Positions 21,496-32,741 of a stretch of 34,605 bases of DNA are shown piece after piece; positions within the stretch are counted from its first letter, which is position 1; every line of letters begins with the position of its first letter. The translations under genes and the position numbers were made by a program. The stretch spans positions 1-34,605 of the forward strand of contig JAQGDQ010001564.1 of the NCBI GenBank assembly GCA_030141605.1, read 5' to 3'. This DNA comes from Tubiluchus corallicola. Its lineage: Eukaryota > Animalia > Priapulida. A model generated the notes under the pieces. The model was not told where the DNA came from, did no database searches, and worked only from the letters and a program-made list of their open reading frames with translations.

Positions 21496-22488
21496 CCTTG
21501 CGTTGGCGTAATTAGCGACATCTAGAGCACCTTGGTAGCTCCTATTTCTGAGAACCTGTGCTACAGGTGGTCGCCCGTCTCCTCTGGAATATTGACCGGA
21601 AATACACTTCAGCTCCGCTTCATTTACATTGTCTCCGATACCCCAGGAGAATACGTTTACATCCGGATATTCAACTTTGATGTCTGCTGCTAAATCGCAA
21701 GGATTTCCCCCGATGTTTGACGCACCGTCAGTGAGGATAAATATGATCTTCTGCGCATCCTTTCGGCCAAAGTCGTGCAACAGGTCCAGAGCTTTCTGAA
21801 GAGCTGGCTTGGTGGCAGTACCGGCAGCATCATAAGGAAATTTCGAGAATGCCTGCAGTACCTTCTTAATGTTGCTTGAAGCTGCATCCTTAAGATGATT
21901 GAAATTCACGTGAATCTTAGTCGAAAAAGAGATCCCTGCCATGCGACTAGATTTTGGTCCCACGCCATTCTCTGCTTCCACAGATTTAGCCATTGTCTGG
22001 GCAATTTCTATGCCTTTACTGTAGTCAAATTGTCCAATGCTGCCACTAGCATCAATAACCCAAACAATGTCGACTTGCTTAGGTTCTGCACACCTTCCAA
22101 GAGCTGTTTCTACCTTACTTCTTCCATTATCTGCTTTAGCACTTGCTTCGTCATCTCCTTCTGTCCCTTCGCTTGCAGTTTCGTTACTACCACTGTCTAG
22201 TGTTCTAGAATCGGTGGCCACTTTTACAATGGGACATCGAAACAGCTTCAGAAATGTTTCCTCTAGGAAGTCTGTCACTGACACCACGTCGTCTTCGAGG
22301 TCTGCCGGCGGAGGAATGGGTGGCAGATGCCCTGGAGGTGCTATGCGCGAGTTGATACCTCCTGGAAACACATTTGACTGTCCCAGACGACCGGGAAGAA
22401 AACCGGAATTTCCGTGTGGAACTGGACCAGCCGAAATATACGTGAACAAACAAAAGAACGTAGCTAAAACCATTCGTATCAAACACAT
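21487..22488 (-). CDS. Intronless secreted von Willebrand factor A domain protein, nested in LRR gene intron 1
   Basis: Signal peptide (MVLATFFCLFTYISA); Pro-rich/acidic linker; VWA with MIDAS DASGS, GTAT, IIFILTDG and VFSWGIG..VNEAELKCIS. Confidence 0.88.
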   Translation of the reverse strand: MCLIRMVLATFFCLFTYISAGPVPHGNSGFLPGRLGQSNVFPGGINSRIAPPGHLPPIPPPADLEDDVVSVTDFLEETFLKLFRCPIVKVATDSRTLDSGSNETASEGTEGDDEASAKADNGRSKVETALGRCAEPKQVDIVWVIDASGSIGQFDYSKGIEIAQTMAKSVEAENGVGPKSSRMAGISFSTKIHVNFNHLKDAASSNIKKVLQAFSKFPYDAAGTATKPALQKALDLLHDFGRKDAQKIIFILTDGASNIGGNPCDLAADIKVEYPDVNVFSWGIGDNVNEAELKCISGQYSRGDGRPPVAQVLRNRSYQGALDVANYANARTT

Positions 22489-22594
22489 TTTGAAAATTGG
22501 CTACACTAACTTTACCAGTAGATTGTACAATATTAGTATATTGTCAATTCTCGCTGAACAAAATTAAATAGTTTACACAGGCAGTGAATACTTT

Positions 22595-22602
22595 CTTATA
22601 TA
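22595..22602 (-). promoter_or_regulatory. Putative TATA box of the nested VWA gene
   Basis: Minus-strand TATATAAG about 107 bp upstream of the ATG. Confidence 0.4.
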
Positions 22603-22804
22603 GTGCTCTGCTTATTCCAAACTTGGACCGAAACAAAGCTAATTCGTGCGTGACGAGTCACGATTGTCACAGAACTGTTGACAGCCTGCAGGCTGCGGTT
22701 AGGTACAAACCAAAACATCTACCATATGACTGTACAAACACTTCACAGAACTTTTAAATATATTTTAAAATAGGTGTTGCATTTCTTAATAATATAAGAC
22801 AATA

Positions 22805-23246
22805 CAGTGTTCCCTCGCTACTTCGCGGTTCGTTTATCGCGGACACGCTGTTTCGCGGGTTTTTGCGGTACTCCATCTAGAGTATTTTTGCACATGCGTA
22901 GTACGTATTGTACAGTAATGTATAGATTTGATGAATTTTGCATAAAAAATCACAAAATGTATAAAATATATTAAAAATATTAATTCTAACATTAAAAGAA
23001 TATTATAAATCATAAAAAATTACCATTTACAGTAAATAGTGTATTTATTCGGCGGATGAATACACACCAAAAACGAAATGTAGTACTTGCGCTTGGTTGA
23101 CATGCTACTTGCTGACGTGAGATTGTACACAACACATGAATAATGTATAACTACTAAAATAAGTACAGAGTCCCTACTTCGCGGAAACTCTCTTATCGCG
23201 CGGGTGGGCCTGGAACGGAACACCCGCAATAGGTGAGGGAACACTG
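22805..23246. mobile_element. Tc1/mariner (pogo/Tigger-type) MITE
   Basis: TA|CAGTGTTCCCTC...GAGGGAACACTG|TA; CpG-rich subterminal tcgcgg repeats. Confidence 0.88.
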
Positions 23247-23499
23247 TAATATAAATATTTATTGCAAAAATTATACACCTATGGGTGTATATAATTTATA
23301 GTATAATACATACAGTAAAACAGCTTACATCAAACATCAAATTCGACGTATAACCAGTCAGTGACAGTACGCAATTATGTCAAACTAGTTTTAAAACCAC
23401 AAAAACATTTAAAAACACTACATACATATCTTCACATTTATATACATTATGTATATGTACATGTACATGTATATGTATATGTATATGTATATAAAAAAA

Positions 23500-23830
23500 A
23501 TTATGCCAATTACCCTAAGCAAGCAAGTCGTGAGGTTTCTGTTTTTGCTGGATGATGTTTGGTCGGTCAGTCGGTCTGTTAATGACGGTTTGCTGCTCGG
23601 TGGTTGAAGAAGCGCATACTTGCTTAACTGCTTGTTTATAATAAATAATAAATAAAATAATAAACTTATTTTATAAAGCGTACTTTCAAGTAATGTTTGA
23701 AAAGCGTCTGTTAATGTTGGCAATTATGTAGTACATGTTAATGATTCAGTTACATACCTAGGAGTAATTCTTCGTTGTCAATTAAATTTCAAAAACCACG
23801 TTAAATCTATATACAAAAAAACATTATATA
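23500..23830 (+). pseudogene. Decayed LINE reverse-transcriptase fragment
   Basis: VSVFA(+1 nt)DD catalytic motif followed by DSVTYLGVILRCQLNFKNHVKSIYKK; several stops. Confidence 0.65.
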
Positions 23831-24027
23831 TCGTATCTAATCGTATATATATATATATATATATATATATCAAAAAAAAACCACGTTAAATCTATATACA
23901 AAAGAACATTATATATCGTATCTAATCGTATATATATATATATATATATATATAGGATTAGATACTATATATAATGTTATCGTATCGTATCGTAGGATAT
24001 ATATATATATAGTTTTATATATTATAG

Positions 24028-24066
<39 letters not shown>

Positions 24067-24425
24067 TATATAAATTAAATTTCAAAAACCACGTTAAATC
24101 TATATATATACGATTAGATACGATATATAATGTTTTTTTGTATATAGATTTAACGTGGTTTTTGATATATATATATATATATATATACGATTAGATACGA
24201 TATATAATGTTTTTTTGTATATAGATTTAACGTATATATATATACGATTAGATACGATATATAATGTTTTTTGTATATAGATTTAGCGTGGTTTTTGAAA
24301 TTTAATATATATATATATAAATACCCTGCGATATAAATATATCCTACGATACGATACGATACGATAACATTATATATATATCAAAAACCACAAATCTATA
24401 TACAAAAAAACATTATATATATATC
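23785..24425. repeat. Cluster of direct and inverted copies of a ~60-bp LINE-derived segment joined by (TA)n
   Basis: aaaaaccacgttaaatctatatacaaaaaaacattatatatcgtatctaatcg occurs several times on each strand, always abutting TA runs. Confidence 0.85.
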
Positions 24426-24467
24426 GTTTATCATTATGAACTGAACAATTGAACCTCTCGTGATCAG

Positions 24468-24540
24468 GATGTGCTAGTTTAGTGGTTATGACATCTGCCT
24501 CGTAAGCAGGAGTTCACGGTTCAAATCCCGGCTAGTTAAA
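24468..24540 (+). pseudogene. tRNA-Thr(CGT)-like pseudogene or tRNA-derived SINE head
   Basis: A box TAGTTTAGTGG; anticodon arm tctgc-ctCGTaa-gcagg; B box GGTTCAAATCC; acceptor and T stems do not pair well. Confidence 0.6.
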
Positions 24541-24740
24541 ATCTATTTTTCACATTCCCCGAAATCTGGTTTCAAACAGTTCATCAATTATGAGTTTGCT
24601 CCATCAGTAATAAATTTTAATTAAAATTATTTGTCCCCACAGAAATTATTGAGTCCAAAATTACGAAAAACTTTAATGTGATTTGACCAACACAGGTAAG
24701 AATTTAACCCGAGCAGACATTACAGACTAAAAACACCTAC

Positions 24741-26112
24741 CTGTTAGCCTCAGCCTCAGTATCGACTCCCGGTGCCCGGAATCCAATACATCTTCTGGAA
24801 AATGAGAAATCGTGTTGTTATCCAATTCCAAATTTGTCAAACTTTTCAAACTCCATAATGATTTTGGCTCCGGTGTGGTGAGTGCATTTCTAGTCAGCGT
24901 TAAATGTTGCAGTCTTGGCATTAGAGTAAACACGTCCCATTGAACGTAAGCAATCTGGTTTCCGTCCAGATGAACAGCAGTGAGTTGTCTGAACTCCGTC
25001 ACGTTCATCATTACGTCAGGATGATTGCTGAACATGTCCTTCGTTAGCTCTTTCAACTTATTCTCTCCCAAATTCAGAAAATTCAAATTTTTCAAATTGG
25101 CAAAAGCGTGAGGCTGTATGGTTTCGATGCCGCATAGTTCAAAATGTAAATATTTTAACTGTTTTAGGGGATCTAATACGTTGCTTTTAACTTCCTTCAA
25201 ATTGTTTCCCATAAGACGTAGAGTTGTGATTGTGGAAACGTGAGCAAAAACCTCATCTTCGACAGAGCTTATGTTATTCCATGATAAGTCCAAAATCATC
25301 AGCTGCTTTAGAGCCTCAAGGCCAGCCAGCGACGTTCTTTCTAATGAATTAATTCCATTTTTGGTCAACGAGAGGTGTTCCAGACGTGGCAGATCCAGCA
25401 GCACTTTTGGTCTTATTTGCTTCGAAATCCCACCTGTTAGAGTTAACACGGTAACGTTGGGGAGTCCAGCAAAAAGCGACGGTTCGAAACCGGACACGCC
25501 TTCTCCAGCCTCAATGTGCAACGTCCGTATTGACGACTTCGGACTGTACTCAAATGGGACGAAACTCACCTTCCCCGTGGTGGACAACATCAAACTCAAA
25601 GAACCCAAACCGTTTACAGAAGTGAATTCCAGGCCGTTTAGATGTAGCAAAGATTGGCTGGAAAAATCAATTTCTCTTACGAACAAACCTTGAAAAATGT
25701 CCTCTGGAATATTCTTACCTCTGTAGTCGTCGATAATGAACTTATGAACCCACACCTGCTTTCTACTAAGGACGTCCACCACTGACATAAGTGCTCGCCA
25801 GTCTTCCAGAATGCCACAGGTGACGACAATCTCGTTGTGGTGGGTTGTAGAACTGGTGCAATTACAAGTTACCATGGCGCCAGGTTCCGGACAGTTCTCG
25901 TCCACAGACTTTGTTGTAAATGTCAACGTGACTTGGGTTGGCAACTGCTCCTGCTGACCGCCATTGACGTCTGGCAATGCTGAAGTCAACAACGAGGTCT
26001 TGTCTTCTTCCTCTTCGTTTTCAAAGCTACTTGTTGGCGTGACGTCATCGCATATGGCCCTGCCAAGCAGGAAGGAAACTAGAGCAGGCACTAACCAAAT
26101 TCTCACATACAT
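24741..26112 (-). CDS. LRR-TM receptor, exon 1 (signal peptide, LRRNT, about 12 LRRs)
   Basis: MYVRIWLVPALVSFLLGRAIC signal; CPEP..CNC..VVTC N-cap; repeated LxxLxLxxNxI (LEHLSLTKNGI, LMILDLSWNNI, LNFLNLGENKL); ACAG|gtaggt donor, phase 1, joining GNP of LRRCT. Confidence 0.93.
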
Positions 26113-26822
26113 TATGACGTCTAAGCAGACACAAACCAGCCTATTAACAACCTAAACTTTCAAGACAGTCGATTTTTTTAAACTAAGCGCATTTTTCACG
26201 TAATTATCCAACTTCACAGACGACACAAAGTTCACCTAGCTTGCGCACTTTCGAGATCAGCGCACCGGTTATATTATCTGTATTGTTTTGCAGCGTATTC
26301 TGTTTTTGCAGATCCCCTGCAATACGTACAGTACAAAACGTACGCACACGTATACGGGAGATTTAATTATTTTAGCTTAAGCTTTCTCTGGCCCTGATCT
26401 GAGGCACTAAAAAGACCGGTTCTCCACGAGTGGCAAATTCAACATAGTCAGGTCGAAGGACAAGTTTTAAAGAATTAATGACCTCTCGAAAGATGAAAAA
26501 ATGTCCTGGCGATAATTCACATGTTTATGAACAAAGACGAATTCCATTGATGTTCCACGAATGTGAAAATTATTTGCAATTTTTAACATGACTGCAAAAA
26601 ATCGAAATCTTTCTTCTCCGTGTTTTGTGGATCGGCCATGTTTATCTAAGCAAAGAAAACTCCGCAGGCTAAATAAAAGGCTCTTTTATGCTGGTATCCT
26701 TAGTCCTGGCGTTTGCTCGCTTTGCAATTTACCGTTTTATAATAGAAATATTTTTGTCACGTTTAGTCACCCGCATAACTGAGTCGAATGTTCATGATGT
26801 AATCATGCATGATTCAGCTCAT

Positions 26823-26839
26823 TGTGTGTGTGTGTGTGT

Positions 26840-26876
<37 letters not shown>

Positions 26877-26877
26877 C
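26823..26877. repeat. (GT)n microsatellite
   Basis: Direct reading. Confidence 0.95.
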
Positions 26878-27245
26878 GAATTCTGGCCTCTTCTTGTGAC
26901 GCCCATAAAATTATATCATGATGTACGTGTATGTAAAATGTATGCTACTATGATGTTCCATTGATGTGAAGTAAATAAACTGAATTTACTGTTTCTAGTT
27001 ATCTATAGTTATCACGTGTTTTTCATGAATTCTGATCTTTTCTTCTGACTCCCATAACACGTTATTTTTGTTTTCAGCTGGCAAAGTATTGCTTTCAATT
27101 ACCACCATGACTTCCTGCAAACAAGATGGCTGACCGGCAAAGCCATCTCAAATGGTTCTTTCTCTAAACATCATTTAAACATTTAATACACCTTTTCATT
27201 ATAAACCATCAGTGTATGAGATGGGATCTGTAGATGTGGCAAGAA

Positions 27246-27821
27246 NNNNNNNNNNNNNNNNNNNNNNNNNNNNNNNNNNNNNNNNNNNNNNNNNNNNNNN
27301 NNNNNNNNNNNNNNNNNNNNNNNNNNNNNNNNNNNNNNNNNNNNNNNNNNNNNNNNNNNNNNNNNNNNNNNNNNNNNNNNNNNNNNNNNNNNNNNNNNNN
27401 NNNNNNNNNNNNNNNNNNNNNNNNNNNNNNNNNNNNNNNNNNNNNNNNNNNNNNNNNNNNNNNNNNNNNNNNNNNNNNNNNNNNNNNNNNNNNNNNNNNN
27501 NNNNNNNNNNNNNNNNNNNNNNNNNNNNNNNNNNNNNNNNNNNNNNNNNNNNNNNNNNNNNNNNNNNNNNNNNNNNNNNNNNNNNNNNNNNNNNNNNNNN
27601 NNNNNNNNNNNNNNNNNNNNNNNNNNNNNNNNNNNNNNNNNNNNNNNNNNNNNNNNNNNNNNNNNNNNNNNNNNNNNNNNNNNNNNNNNNNNNNNNNNNN
27701 NNNNNNNNNNNNNNNNNNNNNNNNNNNNNNNNNNNNNNNNNNNNNNNNNNNNNNNNNNNNNNNNNNNNNNNNNNNNNNNNNNNNNNNNNNNNNNNNNNNN
27801 NNNNNNNNNNNNNNNNNNNNN
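27246..27821. other. Assembly gap (576 N)
   Basis: Run of N. Confidence 1.
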
Positions 27822-28037
27822 CTGCATCCTGGAATCTGGTCGCCCACCTCTTTTTCTGCACTTGAGACCTGAAAAAACTTGAAAGAGTATAATAATCTTA
27901 CACTTCACGTGCCTGCCGGCGCCCATTACCTGGGAAACTGCTTCCGGTTTTCAGCTCAAGCTAGGTTTGCTTGTGCGCGCGCACTAAGCAGCTTCCTGGC
28001 AAAAAGCCAAAAACGCCTGCGCAGAGAACCAAATAGC

Positions 28038-28200
28038 TGAACGTTGCGCATACGTCGTTCAACACGTGAAACGTCGCACATACGTCGTTTAATAAGTGAA
28101 ACGTTGCACATACGTCGTTCAACACGTGAAACGTCGACCATACGTTTAGCCGTTGCTTCAAACGTATGCTCAACGATTCACTACGTTGCAACAACGTCAG
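28038..28200. repeat. CpG-rich 30-bp tandem repeat with ACGT/CACGTG cores
   Basis: catacgtcgttcaacacgtgaaacgt x3 plus decayed copies. Confidence 0.85.
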
Positions 28201-28389
28201 TTAGGCAAACTTCTAATAAATACTGGCTTTGAGAGGACCCAGCAGACACTTTGCTCTGAACGTACACCAAAGTCAAACGAATTTCAAGAAGAGATCTCAC
28301 AGTGTATTGTGGAAAAAGTTGTTTAAACGAATTTGAAGAAGAGACCACACAGTGTATTGTGAAAAAACTGTCAAACTAAATACAAAAAG
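28200..28389 (+). other. Putative non-coding 5'UTR exon of the sHSP gene
   Basis: Consensus AAG|gtaagt donor at about 28389 and a matching ttgttttacag acceptor at 29641, 41 nt before the ATG; start is approximate. Confidence 0.45.
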
Positions 28390-29030
28390 GTAAGTCCAAC
28401 GTTTCCAACAGTAAACTATATACACGTAATAAACCTATAAATCCGTCTGTACAGTAGTAGCCGTTAGAAATGCACAGCCAAGTACACGAAAACAAAAGTC
28501 AAAAATTAAACAAAGCATAGAATTTCGCTAAAAGGTAGAGAATTTTACAGAAAGAATAATCTTGCTTTTAATTATTCGTGCGAATTAATTATCTACAGAA
28601 TTTAACAGAAAGAATAATGAGTTCTTAATTAGGTGTGCCAATCAATTATCTACAGAATCTATTGTGCGCTGCGTGGTCTACTTTTATAGCCACTAATTCT
28701 GCTAACTATTTGTGGTGTGTTAATTAAATGTTACGTCTGCCACGCTACTTTTATACTTTACGGCTTACTTCAACTAAAGTACCACTAAATTCGAAATACA
28801 AACTCGCGTGAGTTTAACTTACGTTAAAAGTCGTAAGTATTTTAATGAAATGCCTCTGTCGAGGTGAAAAACAAAGATTAAAAGCGTCTGCAATTAGTAT
28901 CGATAACCGAATTATATTTTGTGATTGCAATCCTAGCCTTATCCATCAAACTGTAAACAGTTTAGCTGCTTTGGGCAGAAGTATATTCCCACTAGAGCTT
29001 TTGAGAAATTTTGATTTGGCAGTTTGTTAG

Positions 29031-29598
29031 AGCAAAAGCGGACCCAATCTTAAACTGTAGGTCAAAATAATCTACTCTTTAAGATATTCAAAGACTATTT
29101 TTTCAAAAATGACTTACGTGAAAGAATTATTACCACACAAACACAATTTCACGTTCGCGCCACTAGTTCTTCACTGTTACATGCTTTTCGCCATTCGCTA
29201 GTTAGACGGGCACTAGCGGCTGCATTTCGGAAACGTATTATACAAAAAATCGGTGCAGTACCTGTTCAGGTACAGGTACGTTAAACAGCGCATGCGTGAG
29301 CAGAGCACTAAATTCGAAATTTGATTTTTTTATGTTAAAAAAATCTTAAAACTTGCCTAGTTTTAGTACTTCAATTTTCCCTTTCGCAAACACGTGCAAC
29401 ACGCTCGTGGAATATTTTTCCTGTTGAAAATTGTTAGTTTGTGATGCTATCAATAGTTGGGCTCGCCCGCCTTTAACTAAGTCTTTAATCTATTATTTAA
29501 TTATCAGAAACGCTTTTGCAGTATCAATTATGTTAAAATGTATACTTTTTACATGACTTGAAAATGGGCTAATATGTGAAAAATCATCCTGTCTTCCT
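29031..29598 (+). mobile_element. Kolobok-type MITE, family B
   Basis: TTA(G)|AGCAAAAGCGGAC...aatcatcctgtcttcct|TTAA; the right end shares aatcatcc..cct|TTAA with family A; homologous to 11495-12073. Confidence 0.7.
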
Positions 29599-29682
29599 TT
29601 AAATTTTCTGCAAAGTTACATGGTTGTGTATTGTTTTACAGGACTGCTTAACAAACGCTGTTTTTACGCTTGAAACAAGAAA

Positions 29683-31092
29683 ATGCATCCTGTATTTAAA
29701 GGAACTCGAGAAAGGAACTGCCACCATGGCTGCGGACGGGAAAAGTCTGGAAAAAAATGTTGCGACCATGAAGGCCTGCGATATATGATAAATCATAGAG
29801 GTCTCACAAGTAAACAGATTCCAGAAAATAACTGTCATTTTAAAAATTCTGGACATAAGATGAGGCCTGCAAAGAAGATGGAGAAAGATGACAGTCAACA
29901 CGACTATCACCACCATCATCATCGCCATCATCATCACCATGATTTGAACCGCCGACAAGCATATGCTTGGGTACATGCACCCATGAGATGGGTAGGCAGA
30001 AAGAATTTTCAAAAAAATGCACCTGTTAAGATGGTAATACAAGATACTTGTAAAGGCAAGTCACACCGACAAATGTTTGGACAACTTAGAAACAGCAAAG
30101 GATCAGCCTCGTGGAACTTTGCAAGTACAAATGAACCTACTACTGATAGCAATAATGGCAAGATTGCGCCTTTTGCTGTACGCTGCTTTACCTATGGAAT
30201 TCCCAAAAAAGATATTGTCGTTGAAATCGATGAAAAAAGCAAAATCGTCATTAGAGGCAGACACGAAAATGAAGATCTTGGCAACTTTTTGGAAATGAAG
30301 CAAGAATACCAAATTCCTCCCGGAGTGGACGCCGGTCAACTCAAAGTTTGTCTTCGTGACAAATTTGTCGTGGTCCGCGAGTTTCGAAAAGCAAGTAAAG
30401 TTTTTCTAACACAAGAAGGCGCCACTGACGCAGATCTAGAAGATACCTTGGAGAAGATGCAGATATCTGGGAAGGCAAACACTGAAGGTGAATCTCAGAA
30501 ATCATCTGATGATCAGAGTCAAGATTGCATTACGTCAGCAACATCAACGAGAAAAATGACAAACTTTGGCAAAATGAGATTGGAAAAAATGCACAAATGC
30601 AAAACAATAAAGCAACGGTGCAAAGGGGAAATGAACCCAGACCGTCCTGATATGGAGAACATAGTTGCATGCTGCCATTTTATGAAAATGCGCAAACAAC
30701 TGCATGGCAACGGTGACAGTGGACAATGGTGTAACTGGCATACAAGAACTGGACATGGACATGCTACTGGACGTTGGTTTCAGTTCAACAGAGGCAGCCA
30801 AGGATACGTGAGATGGAACTTGACCGATGCGTCAACAAGACGAGGAAGACCTTTGAAAATTCGCTGCCCCAGTTTTGGAATTCCGAGAGAGAACACGAAC
30901 ATTGTGGTCAGAGACGGAGTTTTGAAGGTCATGGGTCATCGTACCGACCTTGATGCAGGAAGCAGCTTCATCGTTAATAGGGAATTTGAAATTCCTGCGG
31001 GAATTCGTGATTCCAGTGAAATCCGTTTGACAGCAGAAAACGGTCGTTTGATCATTGAGGAGGCAGATTCTATGGAATCCAAAATAAATTAA
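29683..31092 (+). CDS. Small heat-shock (HSP20) protein with two alpha-crystallin domains and a His/Cys-rich N-terminus
   Basis: ACD1 GIPKKDIVVEI..IVIRGRH..KQEYQIPPGVDAGQLK; ACD2 GIPRENTNIVVRDGVLKVMGH..NREFEIPAGI..ENGRLII; single coding exon; AATAAA downstream. Confidence 0.85.
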   Translation: MHPVFKGTRERNCHHGCGREKSGKKCCDHEGLRYMINHRGLTSKQIPENNCHFKNSGHKMRPAKKMEKDDSQHDYHHHHHRHHHHHDLNRRQAYAWVHAPMRWVGRKNFQKNAPVKMVIQDTCKGKSHRQMFGQLRNSKGSASWNFASTNEPTTDSNNGKIAPFAVRCFTYGIPKKDIVVEIDEKSKIVIRGRHENEDLGNFLEMKQEYQIPPGVDAGQLKVCLRDKFVVVREFRKASKVFLTQEGATDADLEDTLEKMQISGKANTEGESQKSSDDQSQDCITSATSTRKMTNFGKMRLEKMHKCKTIKQRCKGEMNPDRPDMENIVACCHFMKMRKQLHGNGDSGQWCNWHTRTGHGHATGRWFQFNRGSQGYVRWNLTDASTRRGRPLKIRCPSFGIPRENTNIVVRDGVLKVMGHRTDLDAGSSFIVNREFEIPAGIRDSSEIRLTAENGRLIIEEADSMESKIN

Positions 31093-32741
31093 CATATTAC
31101 ACTGTAGTTTGTGTAATGTAAACTATACATAATGGGGTATCTATAAAAAAGTAGTATTATAAGAATACAGCATTATAAAGAAAATAAAAATATGTATCTA
31201 GAACATAAACATGTGTATTTAATACATAAAAATATACATGTATATTTAATGCTTGTATTTATACATAATACATTTATACACAATACTATGTATTTATACA
31301 TATATATAGTATCGTGATTATGTTACTCAGAAAACGGTATCAATTATATGTATAAGACATGGACTGATGGAAATTGTATATATTTTTATGCTATTACTGT
31401 ACATCTTATGCTTAGGGTTTAATTGTATATGTACTGCTTTTAATTTCTAATTATACCCAAGCTGTATATTTTATTTATTATTTACATATTTATTTTATAC
31501 TTTGTACCGAATATCTATATTTAAATTTCATTAAACGTACGTTTTAATAGTGAACTGTAGGATGAGGTTAGGTTGTTTGATCAGGTTTTAAAATTTGATA
31601 AAAACTTATTAAGTGGACTAATGATTTATCTTGCATTGTGCATCGTCCTATCCTAAATTATGTCTAAACAACGTGATTTTTGAAAATTCCATTTTTGGCC
31701 ATTGTTTGTTAGAAATAATATGATAAGATGATATATAATAATATGATATATGATAATATATAATGATATAATGATAGAGATAATGATATATATATATATA
31801 TAGGTAAATGAAGTATATATATATATATACAAGTATTTACAACACAGTAACTATTACTGATTATAGTATTTCCATTATTAACTTGTTATCGCTGCTTTTT
31901 AACAGTTTAAAATTATGTAATTTTTTATATGCATGAATGATTATTGATATAGAACGTATAACTCGTGTTTAACTCTTACTTGCATAATAAATAAAATGCA
32001 GTTAAATAAAATATAAAATAGAAGATTGTTCGACTGATAAAAACTCTTGTGCTTAATGGACTTAATCTGAGTTGTAATGTCTGTGTTGTATACTCACGTT
32101 ATTATGAAGTATTTGGCAGGTGACTGTAAAGGAATTTGGTGAAATGGAATACTCACGGTTTCGAATAAATATTGTAAAATTGTGTCATATTTTTTAAGAT
32201 TTTGAAATAAACTTTGTAACACTTCGTAAAATATTGCAACAATTTTTATTGGTTTTGTAATTTGTTCGGTATTAACAAGTTTACACTTTGATGCCAACCT
32301 ATTAAAAATCGATAAAACCATTATTGAAGCTTCGAAATGCAAAAATTTAATTTACGGAGTATCACAGGATCACATAACAAATTATCCAGAATTAACATCT
32401 ACAGTCCTCTTCCTCATATCTGGCTATTGATTTAGTCTGTGCTGCCACCTACAGGCATTTTTTCACATCAATTGTAAAATGGCTGTCAGAGGTTAGTTTA
32501 TTTCCAGCCAAATGTTTTCTTAATGAAAGATCTTCAGTAAACCGACTAGATTGTTAATTCCAGCCTTAATTATATAAATTAACTAATTAGTTATAACTAA
32601 ATTGACTAATTAACTATTTTAACTATAAAGTTAAAATGGAGAAAAACTATAGCAATCTTACTCGAGGCGAATAATCTTTATTCTGTTGCCAAGTCTGTTG
32701 TGTAGAAGTAATATTAGCTTTATGTAACTAATATGTTGTAC

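Noticed and set aside
24468-24540. Functional tRNA-Thr
   Set aside because: Acceptor and T stems fail to pair; kept only as a pseudogene or SINE head.
27183-27926. ORFs spanning the N gap
   Set aside because: Artefacts of translating Ns.
28539-28612. Heat-shock elements (aGAAttTTAcaGAAa)
   Set aside because: Central pentamer mismatched, lies in a local ~58-bp duplication in AT-rich intron; expected by chance.
31960-32520. Possible decayed LINE C-terminus on the minus strand
   Set aside because: Too many stops and frameshifts; no diagnostic motif.
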